From positions 5,270,001-5,334,000 of the forward strand of contig OY986948.1 in assembly GCA_963920595.1 (NCBI GenBank): DNA of 64,000 nt. The letters run 5' to 3'. Position 1 is the first letter of the stretch. The number at the start of each line of letters is the position of its first letter. A model generated the notes under the pieces. It saw nothing but the letters and a program-made list of their open reading frames with translations, did not search any database and was not told the DNA's origin. Made by a program: the position numbers and the translations under genes. Below are positions 23,926-37,818 of this stretch, piece by piece. This stretch comes from Eimeria praecox (Eukaryota).

Positions 23926-26900
23926 GTGTGTTCAGGAGCAGCAAGTGGGTTTGGTGATGAGGAAGGACTAGGATACATTCCGGGTGGTTTGTATTTGATG
24001 GTTTGTGTCTGGTGGGGATGTTGGAAGTTGGGTGGATGTTTGCTGGGTGTTGGATGGTTTAGATTTGTGTTGCGTTATGTCAGCTCTAGCACATGGATTG
24101 GTTTGTGGCTGGAGCGGTGGGTTCTGGTGTGGGAAGTGTTTGAGTGGAGTTGGGTATTGGTGGTGGCGAATAATGTTGTATTGTATGCGTTGGATGTAGT
24201 GTGGGAAGGCTTGAGGGCGTGTAGGGTGAAGAGTAGAGCGTGATAGTATATGATGAGTGTCAGTGATTTGATTGTGCTGTTGTTTGGATGGGGGAGGGGC
24301 TGGGGACAGCGAGGGTTGGAGAAGATGTTATGTCGTTGTTTGAGGTGTGTGTTCAGGGGCAGCAAGTGGGTTTGGTGATGAGGAAGGACTAGGATACATT
24401 CCGGGTGGTTTGTGTTTGATGGTTTGTGTCTGGTGGGGATGTTGGAAGTTGGGTGGATGTTTGCTGGGTGTTGGATGGTTTAGATTTGTGTTGCGTTATG
24501 TCAGCTCTAGCACATGGATTGGTTTGTGGCTAGAGCGATGGATGCTGGTGTGGGAAGTGTTTGAGTGGAGTTGGGTATTGGTGGTGGCGAATAATGCGGT
24601 TGTGTATGCGTTGGATGCAGTTTGGGGAGGCTTGAGGGCGTGTAGGGTGAAGAGTAGAGCGTGATAGTATATGATGAGTGTCAGTGGTTTGATTGCGCTG
24701 TTGTTTGGATGGGGAATAGGCAGGGGACCGTGAGGGCTGGAGAAGTTGTTATGCCGTTGTTTGAGGTGTGTGTTCAGCAGCAGCAAGTGGGTTTGGTGAT
24801 GAGGAAGGACTAGGATACATTCCGGGTGGTTTGTGTTTGATGGTTTGTGTCTGGTGGGGATGTTGGAAGTTGGGTGGATGTTTGCTGGGTGTTGGATGGT
24901 TTAGATTTGTGTTGCGTTATGTCAGCTCTAGCACATGGATTGGTTTGTGGCTAGAGCGATGGATGCTGGTGTGGGAAGTGTTTGAGTGGAGTTGGGTATT
25001 GGTGGTGGCGAATAATGCGGTTGTGTATGCGTTGGATGCAGTGTGGGGAGGCTTGAGGGCGTGTAGGGTGAAGAGTAGAGCGTGATAGTATATGATGAGT
25101 GTCAGTGATTTGATTGTGCTGTTGTTTGGATGGGCGAGGGGCTGCGGACAGCGAGGGTTGGAGATGTTGTTATGTCGTTGTTTGAGGTGTGTGTTCAGGA
25201 GCAGCAAGTGGGTTTGGTGATGAGGAAGGACTAGGATACATTCCGGGTGGTTTGTGTTTGATGGTTTGTGTCTGGTGGGGATGTTGGAAGTTGGGTGGAT
25301 GTTTGCTGGGTGTTGGATGGTTTAGATTTGTGTTGCGTTATGTCAGCTCTAGCACATGGATTGGTTTGTGGCTGGAGCGGTGGGTTCTGGTGTGGGAAGT
25401 GTTTGAGTGGAGTTGGGTATTGGTGGTGGCGAATAATGTTGTATTGTATGCGTTGGATGTAGTGTGGGAAGGCTTGAGGGCGTGTAGGGTGAAGAGTAGA
25501 GCGTGATAGTATATGATGAGTGTCAGTGATTTGATTGTGCTGTTGTTTGGATGGGGGAGGGGCTGGGGACAGCGAGGGTTGGAGAAGATGTTATGTCGTT
25601 GTTTGAGGTGTGTGTTCAGGGGCAGCAAGTGGGTTTGGTGATGAGGAAGGACTAGGATACATTCCGGGTGGTTTGTGTTTGATGGTTTGTGTCTGGTGGG
25701 GATGTTGGAAGTTGGGTGGATGTTTGCTGGGTTTTGGATGGTTTAGATTTGTGTTGCGTTATGTCAGCTCTAGCACATGGATTGGTTTGTGGCTAGAGCG
25801 ATGGATGCTGGTGTGGGAAGTGTTTGAGTGGAGTTGGGTATTGGTGGTGGCGAATAATGCGGTTGTGTATGCGTTGGATGCAGTTTGGGGAGGCTTGAGG
25901 GCGTGTAGGGTGAAGAGTAGAGCGTGATAGTATATGATGAGTGTCAGTGGTTTGATTGCGCTGTTGTTTGGATGGGGAATAGGCAGGGGACCGTGAGGGC
26001 TGGAGAAGTTGTTATGCCGTTGTTTGAGGTGTGTGTTCAGCAGCAGCAAGTGGGTTTGGTGATGAGGAAGGACTAGGATACATTCCGGGTGGTTTGTGTT
26101 TGATGGTTTGTGTCTGGTGGGGATGTTGGAAGTTGGGTGGATGTTTGCTGGGTGTTGGATGGTTTAGATTTGTGTTGCGTTATGCCAGCTCTAGCACATG
26201 GATTGGTTTGTGGCTAGAGCGATGGATGCTGGTGTGGGAAGTGTTTGAGTGGAGTTGGGTATTGGTGGTGGCGAATAATGCGGTTGTGTATGCGTTGGAT
26301 GCAGTGTGGGGAGGCTTGAGGGCGTGTAGGGTGAAGAGTAGAGCGTGATAGTATATGATGAGTGTCAGTGATTTGATTGTGCTGTTGTTTGGATGGGCGA
26401 GGGGCTGCGGACAGCGAGGGTTGGAGATGTTGTTATGTCGTTGTTTGAGGTGTGTGTTCAGGAGCAGCAAGTGGGTTTGGTGATGAGGAAGGACTAGGAT
26501 ACATTCCGGGTGGTTTGTGTTTGATGGTTTGTGTCTGGTGGGGATGTTGGAAGTTGGGTGGATGTTTGCTGGGTGTTGGATGGTTTAGATTTGTGTTGCG
26601 TTATGTCAGCTCTAGCACATGGATTGGTTTGTGGCTGGAGCGGTGGGTTCTGGTGTGGGAAGTGTTTGAGTGGAGTTGGGTATTGGTGGTGGCGAATAAT
26701 GTTGTATTGTATGCGTTGGATGTAGTGTGGGAAGGCTTGAGGGCGTGTAGGGTGAAGAGTAGAGCGTGATAGTATATGATGAGTGTCAGTGATTTGATTG
26801 TGCTGTTGTTTGGATGGGGGAGGGGCTGGGGACAGCGAGGGTTGGAGAAGATGTTATGTCGTTGTTTGAGGTGTGTGTTCAGGGGCAGCAAGTGGGTTTG

Positions 26901-29600
26901 GTGATGAGGAAGGACTAGGATACATTCCGGGTGGTTTGTGTTTGATGGTTTGTGTCTGGTGGGGATGTTGGAAGTTGGGTGGATGTTTGCTGGGTTTTGG
27001 ATGGTTTAGATTTGTGTTGCGTTATGTCAGCTCTAGCACATGGATTGGTTTGTGGCTAGAGCGATGGATGCTGGTGTGGGAAGTGTTTGAGTGGAGTTGG
27101 GTATTGGTGGTGGCGAATAATGCGGTTGTGTATGCGTTGGATGCAGTTTGGGGAGGCTTGAGGGCGTGTAGGGTGAAGAGTAGAGCGTGATAGTATATGA
27201 TGAGTGTCAGTGGTTTGATTGCGCTGTTGTTTGGATGGGGAATAGGCAGGGGACCGTGAGGGCTGGAGAAGTTGTTATGCCGTTGTTTGAGGTGTGTGTT
27301 CAGCAGCAGCAAGTGGGTTTGGTGATGAGGAAGGACTAGGATACATTCCGGGTGGTTTGTGTTTGATGGTTTGTGTCTGGTGGGGATGTTGGAAGTTGGG
27401 TGGATGTTTGCTGGGTGTTGGATGGTTTAGATTTGTGTTGCGTTATGCCAGCTCTAGCACATGGATTGGTTTGTGGCTAGAGCGATGGATGCTGGTGTGG
27501 GAAGTGTTTGAGTGGAGTTGGGTATTGGTGGTGGCGAATAATGCGGTTGTGTATGCGTTGGATGCAGTGTGGGGAGGCTTGAGGGCGTGTAGGGTGAAGA
27601 GTAGAGCGTGATAGTATATGATGAGTGTCAGTGATTTGATTGTGCTGTTGTTTGGATGGGCGAGGGGCTGCGGACAGCGAGGGTTGGAGATGTTGTTATG
27701 TCGTTGTTTGAGGTGTGTGTTCAGGAGCAGCAAGTGGGTTTGGTGATGAACAAGGACTAGGATACATTCCGGGTGGTTTGTGTTTGATGGTTTGTGTCTG
27801 GTGGGGATGTTGGAAGTTGGGTGGATGTTTGCTGGGTGTTGGATGGTTTAGATTTGTGTTGCGTTATGTCAGCTCTAGCACATGGATTGGTTTGTGGCTG
27901 GAGCGGTGGGTTCTGGTGTGGGAAGTGTTTGAGTGGAGTTGGGTATTGGTGGTGGCGAATAATGTTGTATTGCATGCGTTGGATGTAGTGTGGGAAGGCT
28001 TGAGGGCGTGTAGGGTGAAGAGTAGAGCGTGATAGTATATGATGAGTGTCAGTGATTTGATTGTGCTGTTGTTTGGATGGGGGAGGGGCTGGGGACAGCG
28101 AGGGTTGGAGAAGATGTTATGTCGTTGTTTGAGGTGTGTGTTCAGGGGCAGCAAGTGGGTTTGGTGATGAGGAAGGACTAGGATACATTCCGGGTGGTTT
28201 GTGTTTGATGGTTTGTGTCTGGTGGGGATGTTGGAAGTTGGGTGGATGTTTGCTGGGTTTTGGATGGTTTAGATTTGTGTTGCGTTATGTCAGCTCTAGC
28301 ACATGGATTGGTTTGTGGCTAGAGCGATGGATGCTGGTGTGGGAAGTGTTTGAGTGGAGTTGGGTATTGGTGGTGGCGAATAATGCGGTTGTGTATGCGT
28401 TGGATGCAGTTTGGGGAGGCTTGAGGGCGTGTAGGGTGAAGAGTAGAGCGTGATAGTATATGATGAGTGTCAGTGGTTTGATTGCGCTGTTGTTTGGATG
28501 GGGAATAGGCAGGGGACCGTGAGGGCTGGAGAAGTTGTTATGCCGTTGTTTGAGGTGTGTGTTCAGCAGCAGCAAGTGGGTTTGGTGATGAGGAAGGACT
28601 AGGATACATTCCGGGTGGTTTGTGTTTGATGGTTTGTGTCTGGTGGGGATGTTGGAAGTTGGGTGGATGTTTGCTGGGTGTTGGATGGTTTAGATTTGTG
28701 TTGCGTTATGTCAGCTCTAGCACATGGATTGGTTTGTGGCTAGAGCGATGGATGCTGGTGTGGGAAGTGTTTGAGTGGAGTTGGGTATTGGTGGTGGCGA
28801 ATAATGCGGTTGTGTATGCGTTGGATGCAGTGTGGGGAGGCTTGAGGGCGTGTAGGGTGAAGAGTAGAGCGTGATAGTATATGATGAGTGTCAGTGATTT
28901 GATTGTGCTGTTGTTTGGATGGGCGAGGGGCTGCGGACAGCGAGGGTTGGAGATGTTGTTATGTCGTTGTTTGAGGTGTGTGTTCAGGAGCAGCAAGTGG
29001 GTTTGGTGATGAACAAGGACTAGGATACATTCCGGGTGGTTTGTGTTTGATGGTTTGTGTCTGGTGGGGATGTTGGAAGTTGGGTGGATGTTTGCTGGGT
29101 GTTGGATGGTTTAGATTTGTGTTGCGTTATGTCAGCTCTAGCACATGGATTGGTTTGTGGCTGGAGCGGTGGGTTCTGGTGTGGGAAGTGTTTGAGTGGA
29201 GTTGGGTATTGGTGGTGGCGAATAATGTTGTATTGTATGCGTTGGATGTAGTGTGGGAAGGCTTGAGGGCGTGTAGGGTGAAGAGTAGAGCGTGATAGTA
29301 TATGATGAGTGTCAGTGATTTGATTGTGCTGTTGTTTGGATGGGGGAGGGGCTGGGGACAGCGAGGGTTGGAGAAGATGTTATGTCGTTGTTTGAGGTGT
29401 GTGTTCAGGGGCAGCAAGTGGGTTTGGTGATGAGGAAGGACTAGGATACATTCCGGGTGGTTTGTGTTTGATGGTTTGTGTCTGGTGGGGATGTTGGAAG
29501 TTGGGTGGATGTTTGCTGGGTGTTGGATGGTTTAGATTTGTGTTGCGTTATGTCAGCTCTAGCACATGGATTGGTTTGTGGCTAGAGCGATGGATGCTGG
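23926..29600. repeat. 3-monomer HOR (1263 bp), ~4.5 copies
   Basis: Marker CAGGGGACCGTGAGGGCTGG at 24721, 25984, 27247 and 28510 (exact 1263-bp steps). The other two monomer types repeat in register. Confidence 0.92.
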
Positions 29601-32600
29601 TGTGGGAAGTGTTTGAGTGGAGTTGGGTATTGGTGGTGGCGAATAATGTTGTATTGTATGCGTTGGATGTAGTGTGGGGAGGCTTGAGGGCGTGCAGGGT
29701 GAAGAGTAGAGCGTGATAGTATATGATGAGTGTCAGTGGTTTGATTGCGCTGTTGTTTGGATGGGGGAGAGGCTGGGGACAGCGAGGGTTGGAGAAGTTG
29801 TTATGTCGTTGTTTGAGGTGTGTGTTCAGCAGCAGCAAGTGGGTTTGGTGATGAGGAAGGACTAGGATACATTCCGGGTGGTTTGTGTTTGATGGTTTGT
29901 GTCTGGTGGGGATGTTGGAAGTTGGGTGGATGTTTGCTGGGTGTTGGATGGTTTAGATTTGTGTTGCGTTATGTCAGCTCTAGCACATGGATTGGTTTGT
30001 GGCTAGAGCGATGGATGCTGGTGTGGGAAGTGTTTGAGTGGAGTTGGGTATTGGTGGTGGCGAATAATGCGGTTGTGTATGCGTTGGATGCAGTGTGGGG
30101 AGGCTTGAGGGCGTGTAGGGTGAAGAGTAGAGCGTGATAGTATATGATGAGTGTCAGTGATTTGATTGGGCTGTTGTTTAGATGGGGAATGGGCTGGGGA
30201 CAGTGATTGTTGGAGAAGTTGTTATGTCGTTGTTTGAGGTGTGTGTTCAGCAGCAGCAAGTGGGTTTGGTGATGAACAAGGACTAGGATACATTCCGGGT
30301 GGTTTGTGTTTGATGGTTTGTGTATGGTGGGGATGCTGGAAGTTGGGTGGATGTTTGCTGGGTGTTGGGTGGTTTAGATTTGTGCTGCGTTATGTCAGCT
30401 CTAGCACATGGATTGGTTTGTGGCTGGAGCGGTGGGTTCTGGTGTGGGAAGTGTTTGAGTGGAGTTGGGTATTGGTGGTGGCGAATAATGTTGTATTGTG
30501 TGCGTTGGATGTAGTGTGGGGAGGCTTGAGGGCGTGTAGGGTGAAGAGTAGAGCGTGAGAGTATATGATGAGTGTCAGTGATTTGATTGTGCTGTTGTTT
30601 GGATGGGGGAGGGGCTGGGGACAGCGAGGGTTGGAGAAGATGTTATGTCGTTGTTTGAGGTGTGTGTTCAGCAGCAGCAAGTGGGTTTGGTGATGAACAA
30701 GGACTAGGATACATTCCGGGTGGTTTGTGTTTGATGGTTTGTGTCTGGTGGGGATGTTGGAATTTGGGTGGATGTTTGCTGGGTGTTGGGTGGTTTAGAT
30801 TTGTGCTGCGTTATGTCAGCTCTAGCACATGGATTGGTTTGTGGCTGGAGCGGTGGGTTCTGGTGTGGGAAGTGTTTGAGTGGAGTTGGGTATTGGTGGT
30901 GGCGAATAATGTTGTATTGTATGCGTTGGATGTAGTGTGGGAAGGCTTGAGGGCGTGTAGGGTGAAGAGTAGAGCGTGATAGTATATGATGAGTGTCAGT
31001 GATTTGATTGTGCTGTTGTTTGGATGGGGGAGGGGCTGGGGACAGCGAGGGTTGGAGAAGATGTTATGTCGTTGTTTGAGGTGTGTGTTCAGCAGCAGCA
31101 AGTGGGTTTGGTGATGAGCAAGGACTAGGATACATTCCGGGTGGTATGTGTTTGATGGTTTGTGTCTGGTGGGGATGTTGGAAGTTGGGTGGATGTTTGC
31201 TGGGTGTTGGATGGTTTAGATTTGTGTTGCGGTATGTCAGCTCTAGCACATGGATTGGTTTGTGGCTAGAGCGATGGATGCTGGTGTGGGAAGTGTTTGA
31301 GTGGAGTTGGGTATTGGTGGTGGCGAATAATGCGGTTGTGTATGCGTTGGATGCAGTTAGGGGAGGCTTGAGGGCGTGTAGGGTGAAGAGTAGAGCGTGA
31401 TAGTATATGATGAGTGTCAGTGATTTGATTGGGCTGTTGTTTAGATGGGGAATGGGCTGGGGACAGTGATTGTTGGAGAAGTTGTTATGTCGTTGTTTGA
31501 GGTGTGTGTTCAGGAGCAGCAAGTGGGTTTGGTGATGAACAAGGACTAGGATACATTCCGGGTGGTTTGTGTTTGATGGTTTGTGTCTGGTGGGGATGCT
31601 GGAAGTTGGGTGGATGTTTGCTGGGTGTTGGGTGGTTTAGATTTGTGCTGCGTTATGTCAGCTCTAGCACATGGATTGGTTTGTGGCTGGAGCGATGGAT
31701 GCTGGTGTGGGAAGTGTTTGAGTGGAGTTGGGTATTGGTGGTGGCGAATAATGCGGTTGTGTATGCGTTGGATGCAGTTTGGGGAGGCTTGAGGGCGTGT
31801 AGGGTGAAGAGTAGAGCGTGAGAGTATATGATGAGTGTCAGTGATTTGATTGGGCTGTTGTTTAGATGGGGAATGGGCTGGGGACAGTGTTTGTTGGAGA
31901 AGTTGTTATGTCGTTGTTTGAGGTGTGTGTTCAGGAGCAGCAAGTGGGTTTGGTGATGAACAAGGACTAGGATACATTCCGGGTGGTTTGTGTTTGATGG
32001 TTTGTGTATGGTGGGGATGTTGGAATTTGGGTGGATGTTTGCTGGGTGTTGGGTGGTTTAGATTTGTGCTGCGTTATGTCAGCTCTAGCACATGGATTGG
32101 TTTGTGGCTGGAGCGGTGGGTTCTGGTGTGGGAAGTGTTTGAGTGGAGTTGGGTATTGGTGGTGGCGAATAATGTTGTATTGTATGCGTTGGATGTAGTG
32201 TGGGAAGGCTTGAGGGCGTGTAGGGTGAAGAGTAGAGCGTGAGAGTATATGATGAGTGTCAGTGATTTGATTGTGCTGTTGTTTGGATGGGGGAGGGGCT
32301 GGGGACAGCGAGGGTTGGAGAAGATGCTATGTCGTTGTTTGAGGTGTGTGTTCAGCAGCAGCAAGTGGGTTTGGTGATGAGCAAGGACTAGGATACATTC
32401 CGGGTGGTATGTGTTTGATGGTTTGTGTCTGGTGGGGATGTTGGAAGTTGGGTGGATGTTTGCTGGGTGTTGGATGGTTTAGATTTGTGCTGCGTTATGT
32501 CAGCTCTAGCACATGGATTGGTTTGTGGCTAGAGCGATGGATGCTGGTGTGGGAAGTGTTTGAGTGGAGTTGGGTATTGGTGGTGGCGAATAATGCGGTT

Positions 32601-33608
32601 GTGTATGCGTTGGATGCAGTTTGGGGAGGCTTGAGGGCGTGTAGGGTGAAGAGTAGAGCGTGATAGTATATGAAGAGTGTCAGTGATTTGATTGGGCTGT
32701 TGTTTAGATGGGGAATGGGCTGGGGACAGTGATTGTTGGAGAAGTTGTTATGTCGTTGTTTGAGGTGTGTGTTCAGGAGCAGCAAGTGGTTTTGGTGATG
32801 AACAAGGACTAGGATACATTCCGGGTGGTTTGTGTTTGATGGTTTGTGTATGGTGGGGATGTTGGAAGTTGGGTGGATGTTTGCTGGGTGTTGGGTGGTT
32901 TAGATTTGTGCTGCGTTATGTCAGCTCTAGCACATGGATTGGTTTGTGGCTGGAGGGGTGGGTTCTGGTGTGGGAAGTGTTTGAGTGGAGTTGGGTATTG
33001 GTGGTGGCGAATAATGTTGTATTGTATGCGTTGGATGTAGTGTGGGAAGGCTTGAGGGCGTGTAGGGTGAAGAGTAGAGCGTGAGAGTATATGATGAGTG
33101 TCAGTGATTTGATTGTGCTGTTGTTTGGATGGGGGAGGGGCTGGGGACAGCGAGGGTTGGAGAAGATGTTATGTCGTTGTTTGAGGTGTGTGTTCAGCAG
33201 CAGCAAGTGGGTTTGGTGATGAGCAAGGACTAGGATACATTCCGGGTGGTTTGTGTTTGATGGTTTGTGTCTGGTGGGGATGTTGGAAGTTGGGTGGATG
33301 TTTGCTGGGTGTTGGATGGTTTAGATTTGTGTTGCGTTATGTCAGCTCTAGCACATGGATTGGTTTGTGGCTAGAGCGATGGATGCTGGTGTGGGAAGTG
33401 TTTGAGTGGAGTTGGGTATTGGTGGTGGCGAATAATGCGGTTGTGTATGCGTTGGATGCAGTTAGGGGAGGCTTGAGGGCGTGTAGGGTGAAGAGTAGAG
33501 CGTGATAGTATATGATGAGTGTCAGTGATTTGATTGTGCTGTTGTTTGGATGGGGGAGGGGCTGGGGACAGTGATTGTTGGAGAAGTTGTTATGTCGTTG
33601 TTTGAGGT

Positions 33609-36600
33609 GTGTGTTCAGGAGCAGCAAGTGGGTTTGGTGATGAACAAGGACTAGGATACATTCCTGGTGGTTTGTGTTTGATGGTTTGTGTCTGGTGGGG
33701 ATGTTGGAAGTTGGGTGGATGTTTGCTGGGTGTTGGGTGGTTTAGATTTGTGCTGCGTTATGTCAGCTCTAGCACATGGATTGGTTTGTGGCTGGAGCGG
33801 TGGGTTCTGGTGTGGGAAGTGTTTGAGTGGAGTTGGGTATTGGTGGTGGCGAATAATGTTGTATTGTATGCGTTGGATGTAGTGTGGGAAGGCTTGAGGG
33901 CGTGTAGGGTGAAGAGTAGAGCGTGAGAGTATATGATGAGTGTCAGTGATTTGATTGTGCTGTTGTTTGGATGGGGGAGGGGCTGGGGACAGCGAGGGTT
34001 GGAGAAGATGTTATGTCGTTGTTTGAGGTGTGTGTTCAGCAGCAGCAAGTGGGTTTGGTGATGAGCAAGGACTAGGATACATTCCGGGTGGTTTGTGTTT
34101 GATGGTTTGTGTCTGGTGGGGATGTTGGAAGTTGGGTGGATGTTTGCTGGGTTTTGGATGGTTTAGATTTGTGTTGCGTTATGTCAGCTCTAGCACATGG
34201 ATTGGTTTGTGGCTAGAGCGATGGATGCTGGTGTGGGAAGTGTTTGAGTGGAGTTGGGTATTGGTGGTGGCGAATAATGTTGTATTGTATGCGTTGGATG
34301 TAGTGTGGGAAGGCTTGAGGGCGTGTAGGGTGAAGAGTAGAGCGTGATAGTATATGATGAGTGTCAGTGATTTGATTGTGCTGTTGTTTGGATGGGGGAG
34401 GGGCTGGGGACAGCGAGGGTTGGAGAAGATGTTATGTCGTTGTTTGAGGTGTGTGTTCAGGAGCAGCAAGTGGGTTTGGTGATGAACAAGGACTAGGATA
34501 CATTCCGGGTGGTTTGTGTTTGATGGTTTGTGTCTGGTGGGGATGTTGGAAGTTGGGTGGATGTTTGCTGGGTGTTGGGTGGTTTAGATTTGTGCTGCGT
34601 TATGTCAGCTCTAGCACATGGATTGGTTTGTGGCTGGAGGGGTGGGTTCTGGTGTGGGAAGTGTTTGAGTGGAGTTGGGTATTGGTGGTGGCGAATAATG
34701 TTGTATTGTATGCGTTGGATGTAGTGTGGGAAGGCTTGAGGGCGTGTAGGGTGAAGAGTAGAGCGTGATAGTATATGATGAGTGTCAGTGATTTGATTGT
34801 GCTGTTGTTTGGATGGGGGAGGGGCTGGGGACAGCGAGGGTTGGAGAAGATGTTATGTCGTTGTTTGAGGTGTGTGTTCAGCAGCAGCAAGTGGGTTTGG
34901 TGATGAGCAAGGACTAGGATACATTCCGGGTGGTTTGTGTTTGATGGTTTGTGTCTGGTGGGGATGTTGGAAGTTGGGTGGATGTTTGCTGGGTGTTGGA
35001 TGGTTTAGATTTGTGCTGCGTTATGTCAGCTCTAGCACATGGATTGGTTTGTGGCTGGAGCGGTGGGTTCTGGTGTGGGAAGTGTTTGAGTGGAGTTGGG
35101 TATTGGTGGTGGCGAAAAATGCTGTATTGTATGCGTTGGATGTAGTGTGGGAAGGCTTGAGGGCGTGTAGGGTGAAGAGTAGAGCGTGATAGTATATGAT
35201 GAGTGTCAGTGATTTGATTGTGCTGTTGTTTGGATGGGGGAGGGGCTGGGGAAAGCGAGGGTTGGAGAAGATGTTATGTCGTTGTTTGAGGTGTGTGTTC
35301 AGCAGCAGCAAGTGGGTTTGGTGATGAACAAGGACTAGGATACATTCCGGGTGGTTTGTGTTTGATGGTTTGTGTCTGGTGGGGATGTTGGAAGTTGGGT
35401 GGATGTTTGCTGGGTGTTGGGTGGTTTAGATTTGTGCTGCGTTATGTCAGCTCTAGCACATGGATTGGTTTGTGGCTGGAGCGGTGGGTTCTGGTGTGGG
35501 AAGTGTTTGAGTGGAGTTGGGTATTGGTGGTGGCGAATAATGTTGTATTGTATGCGTTGGATGTAGTGTGGGAAGGCTTGAGGGCGTGTAGGGTGAAGAG
35601 TAGAGCGTGAGAGTATATGATGAGTGTCAGTGATTTGATTGTGCTGTTGTTTGGATGGGGGAGGGGCTGGGGACAGCGAGGGTTGGAGAAGATGTTATGC
35701 CGTTGTTTGAGGTGTGTGTTCAGCAGCAGCAAGTGGGTTTGGTGATGAGCAAGGACTAGGGTACATTCCGGGTGGTTTGTGTTTGGTGGTTTGTGTCTGG
35801 TGGGGATGTTGGAAGTTGGGTGGATGTTTGCTGGGTTTTGGATGGTTTAGATTTGTGTTGCGTTATGTCAGCTCTAGCACATGGATTGGTTTGTGGCTAG
35901 AGCGATGGATGCTGGTGTGGGAAGTGTTTGAGTGGAGTTGGGTATTGGTGGTGGCGAATAATGTTGTATTGTATGCGTTGGATGTAGTGTGGGAAGGCTT
36001 GAGGGCGTGTAGGGTGAAGAGTAGAGCGTGATAGTATATGATGAGTGTCAGTGATTTGATTGTGCTGTTGTTTGGATGGGGGAGGGGCTGGGGACAGCGA
36101 GGGTTGGAGAAGATGTTATGTCGTTGTTTGAGGTGTGTGTTCAGGAGCAGCAAGTGGGTTTGGTGATGAACAAGGACTAGGATACATTCCGGGTGGTTTG
36201 TGTTTGATGGTTTGTGTCTGGTGGGGATGTTGGAAGTTGGGTGGATGTTTGCTGGGTGTTGGGTGGTTTAGATTTGTGCTGCGTTATGTCAGCTCTAGCA
36301 CATGGATTGGTTTGTGGCTGGAGGGGTGGGTTCTGGTGTGGGAAGTGTTTGAGTGGAGTTGGGTATTGGTGGTGGCGAATAATGTTGTATTGTATGCGTT
36401 GGATGTAGTGTGGGAAGGCTTGAGGGCGTGTAGGGTGAAGAGTAGAGCGTGATAGTATATGATGAGTGTCAGTGATTTGATTGTGCTGTTGTTTGGATGG
36501 GGGAGGGGCTAGGGACAGCGAGGGTTGGAGAAGATGTTATGTCGTTGTTTGAGGTGTGTGTTCAGCAGCAGCAAGTGGGTTTGGTGATGAGCAAGGACTA

Positions 36601-37818
36601 GGATACATTCCGGGTGGTTTGTGTTTGATGGTTTGTGTCTGGTGGGGATGTTGGAAGTTGGGTGGATGTTTGCTGGGTGTTGGATGGTTTAGATTTGTGC
36701 TGCGTTATGTCAGCTCTAGCACATGGATTGGTTTGTGGCTGGAGCGGTGGGTTCTGGTGTGGGAAGTGTTTGAGTGGAGTTGGGTATTGGTGGTGGCGAA
36801 AAATGCTGTATTGTATGCGTTGGATGTAGTGTGGGAAGGCTTGAGGGCGTGTAGGGTGAAGAGTAGAGCGTGATAGTATATGATGAGTGTCAGTGATTTG
36901 ATTGTGCTGTTGTTTGGATGGGGGAGGGGCTGGGGAAAGCGAGGGTTGGAGAAGATGTTATGTCGTTGTTTGAGGTGTGTGTTCAGCAGCAGCAAGTGGG
37001 TTTGGTGATGAACAAGGACTAGGATACATTCCGGGTGGTTTGTGTTTGATGGTTTGTGTCTGGTGGGGATGTTGGAAGTTGGGTGGATGTTTGCTGGGTG
37101 TTGGGTGGTTTAGATTTGTGCTGCGTTATGTCAGCTCTAGCACATGGATTGGTTTGTGGCTGGAGCGGTGGGTTCTGGTGTGGGAAGTGTTTGAGTGGAG
37201 TTGGGTATTGGTGGTGGCGAATAATGTTGTATTGTATGCGTTGGATGTAGTGTGGGAAGGCTTGAGGGCGTGTAGGGTGAAGAGTAGAGCGTGATAGTAT
37301 ATGATGAGTGTCAGTGATTTGATTGTGCTGTTGTTTGGATGGGGGAGGGGCTGGGGAAAGCGAGGGTTGGAGAAGATGTTATGTCGTTGTTTGAGGTGTG
37401 TGTTCAGCAGCAGCAAGTGGGTTTGGTGATGAACAAGGACTAGGATACATTCCGGGTGGTTTGTGTTTGATGGTTTGTGTCTGGTGGGGATGTTGGAAGT
37501 TGGGTGGATGTTTGCTGGGTGTTGGGTGGTTTAGATTTGTGCTGCGTTATGTCAGCTCTAGCACATGGATTGGTTTGTGGCTGGAGCGGTGGGTTCTGGT
37601 GTGGGAAGTGTTTGAGTGGAGTTGGGTATTGGTGGTGGCGAATAATGTTGTATTGTATGCGTTGGATGTAGTGTGGGAAGGCTTGAGGGCGTGTAGGGTG
37701 AAGAGTAGAGCGTGAGAGTATATGATGAGTGTCAGTGATTTGATTGTGCTGTTGTTTGGATGGGGGAGGGGCTGGGGACAGCGAGGGTTGGAGAAGATGT
37801 TATGTCGTTGTTTGAGGT
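33609..37818. repeat. 4-monomer HOR (1684 bp), ~2.5 copies
   Basis: Private variant GCGAAAAATGCT at 35112 and 36796. GGGTTTTGG occurs in the monomers starting 34030 and 35714. GGGGAAAGCG is at ~35247, ~36932 and ~37353. Confidence 0.85.
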
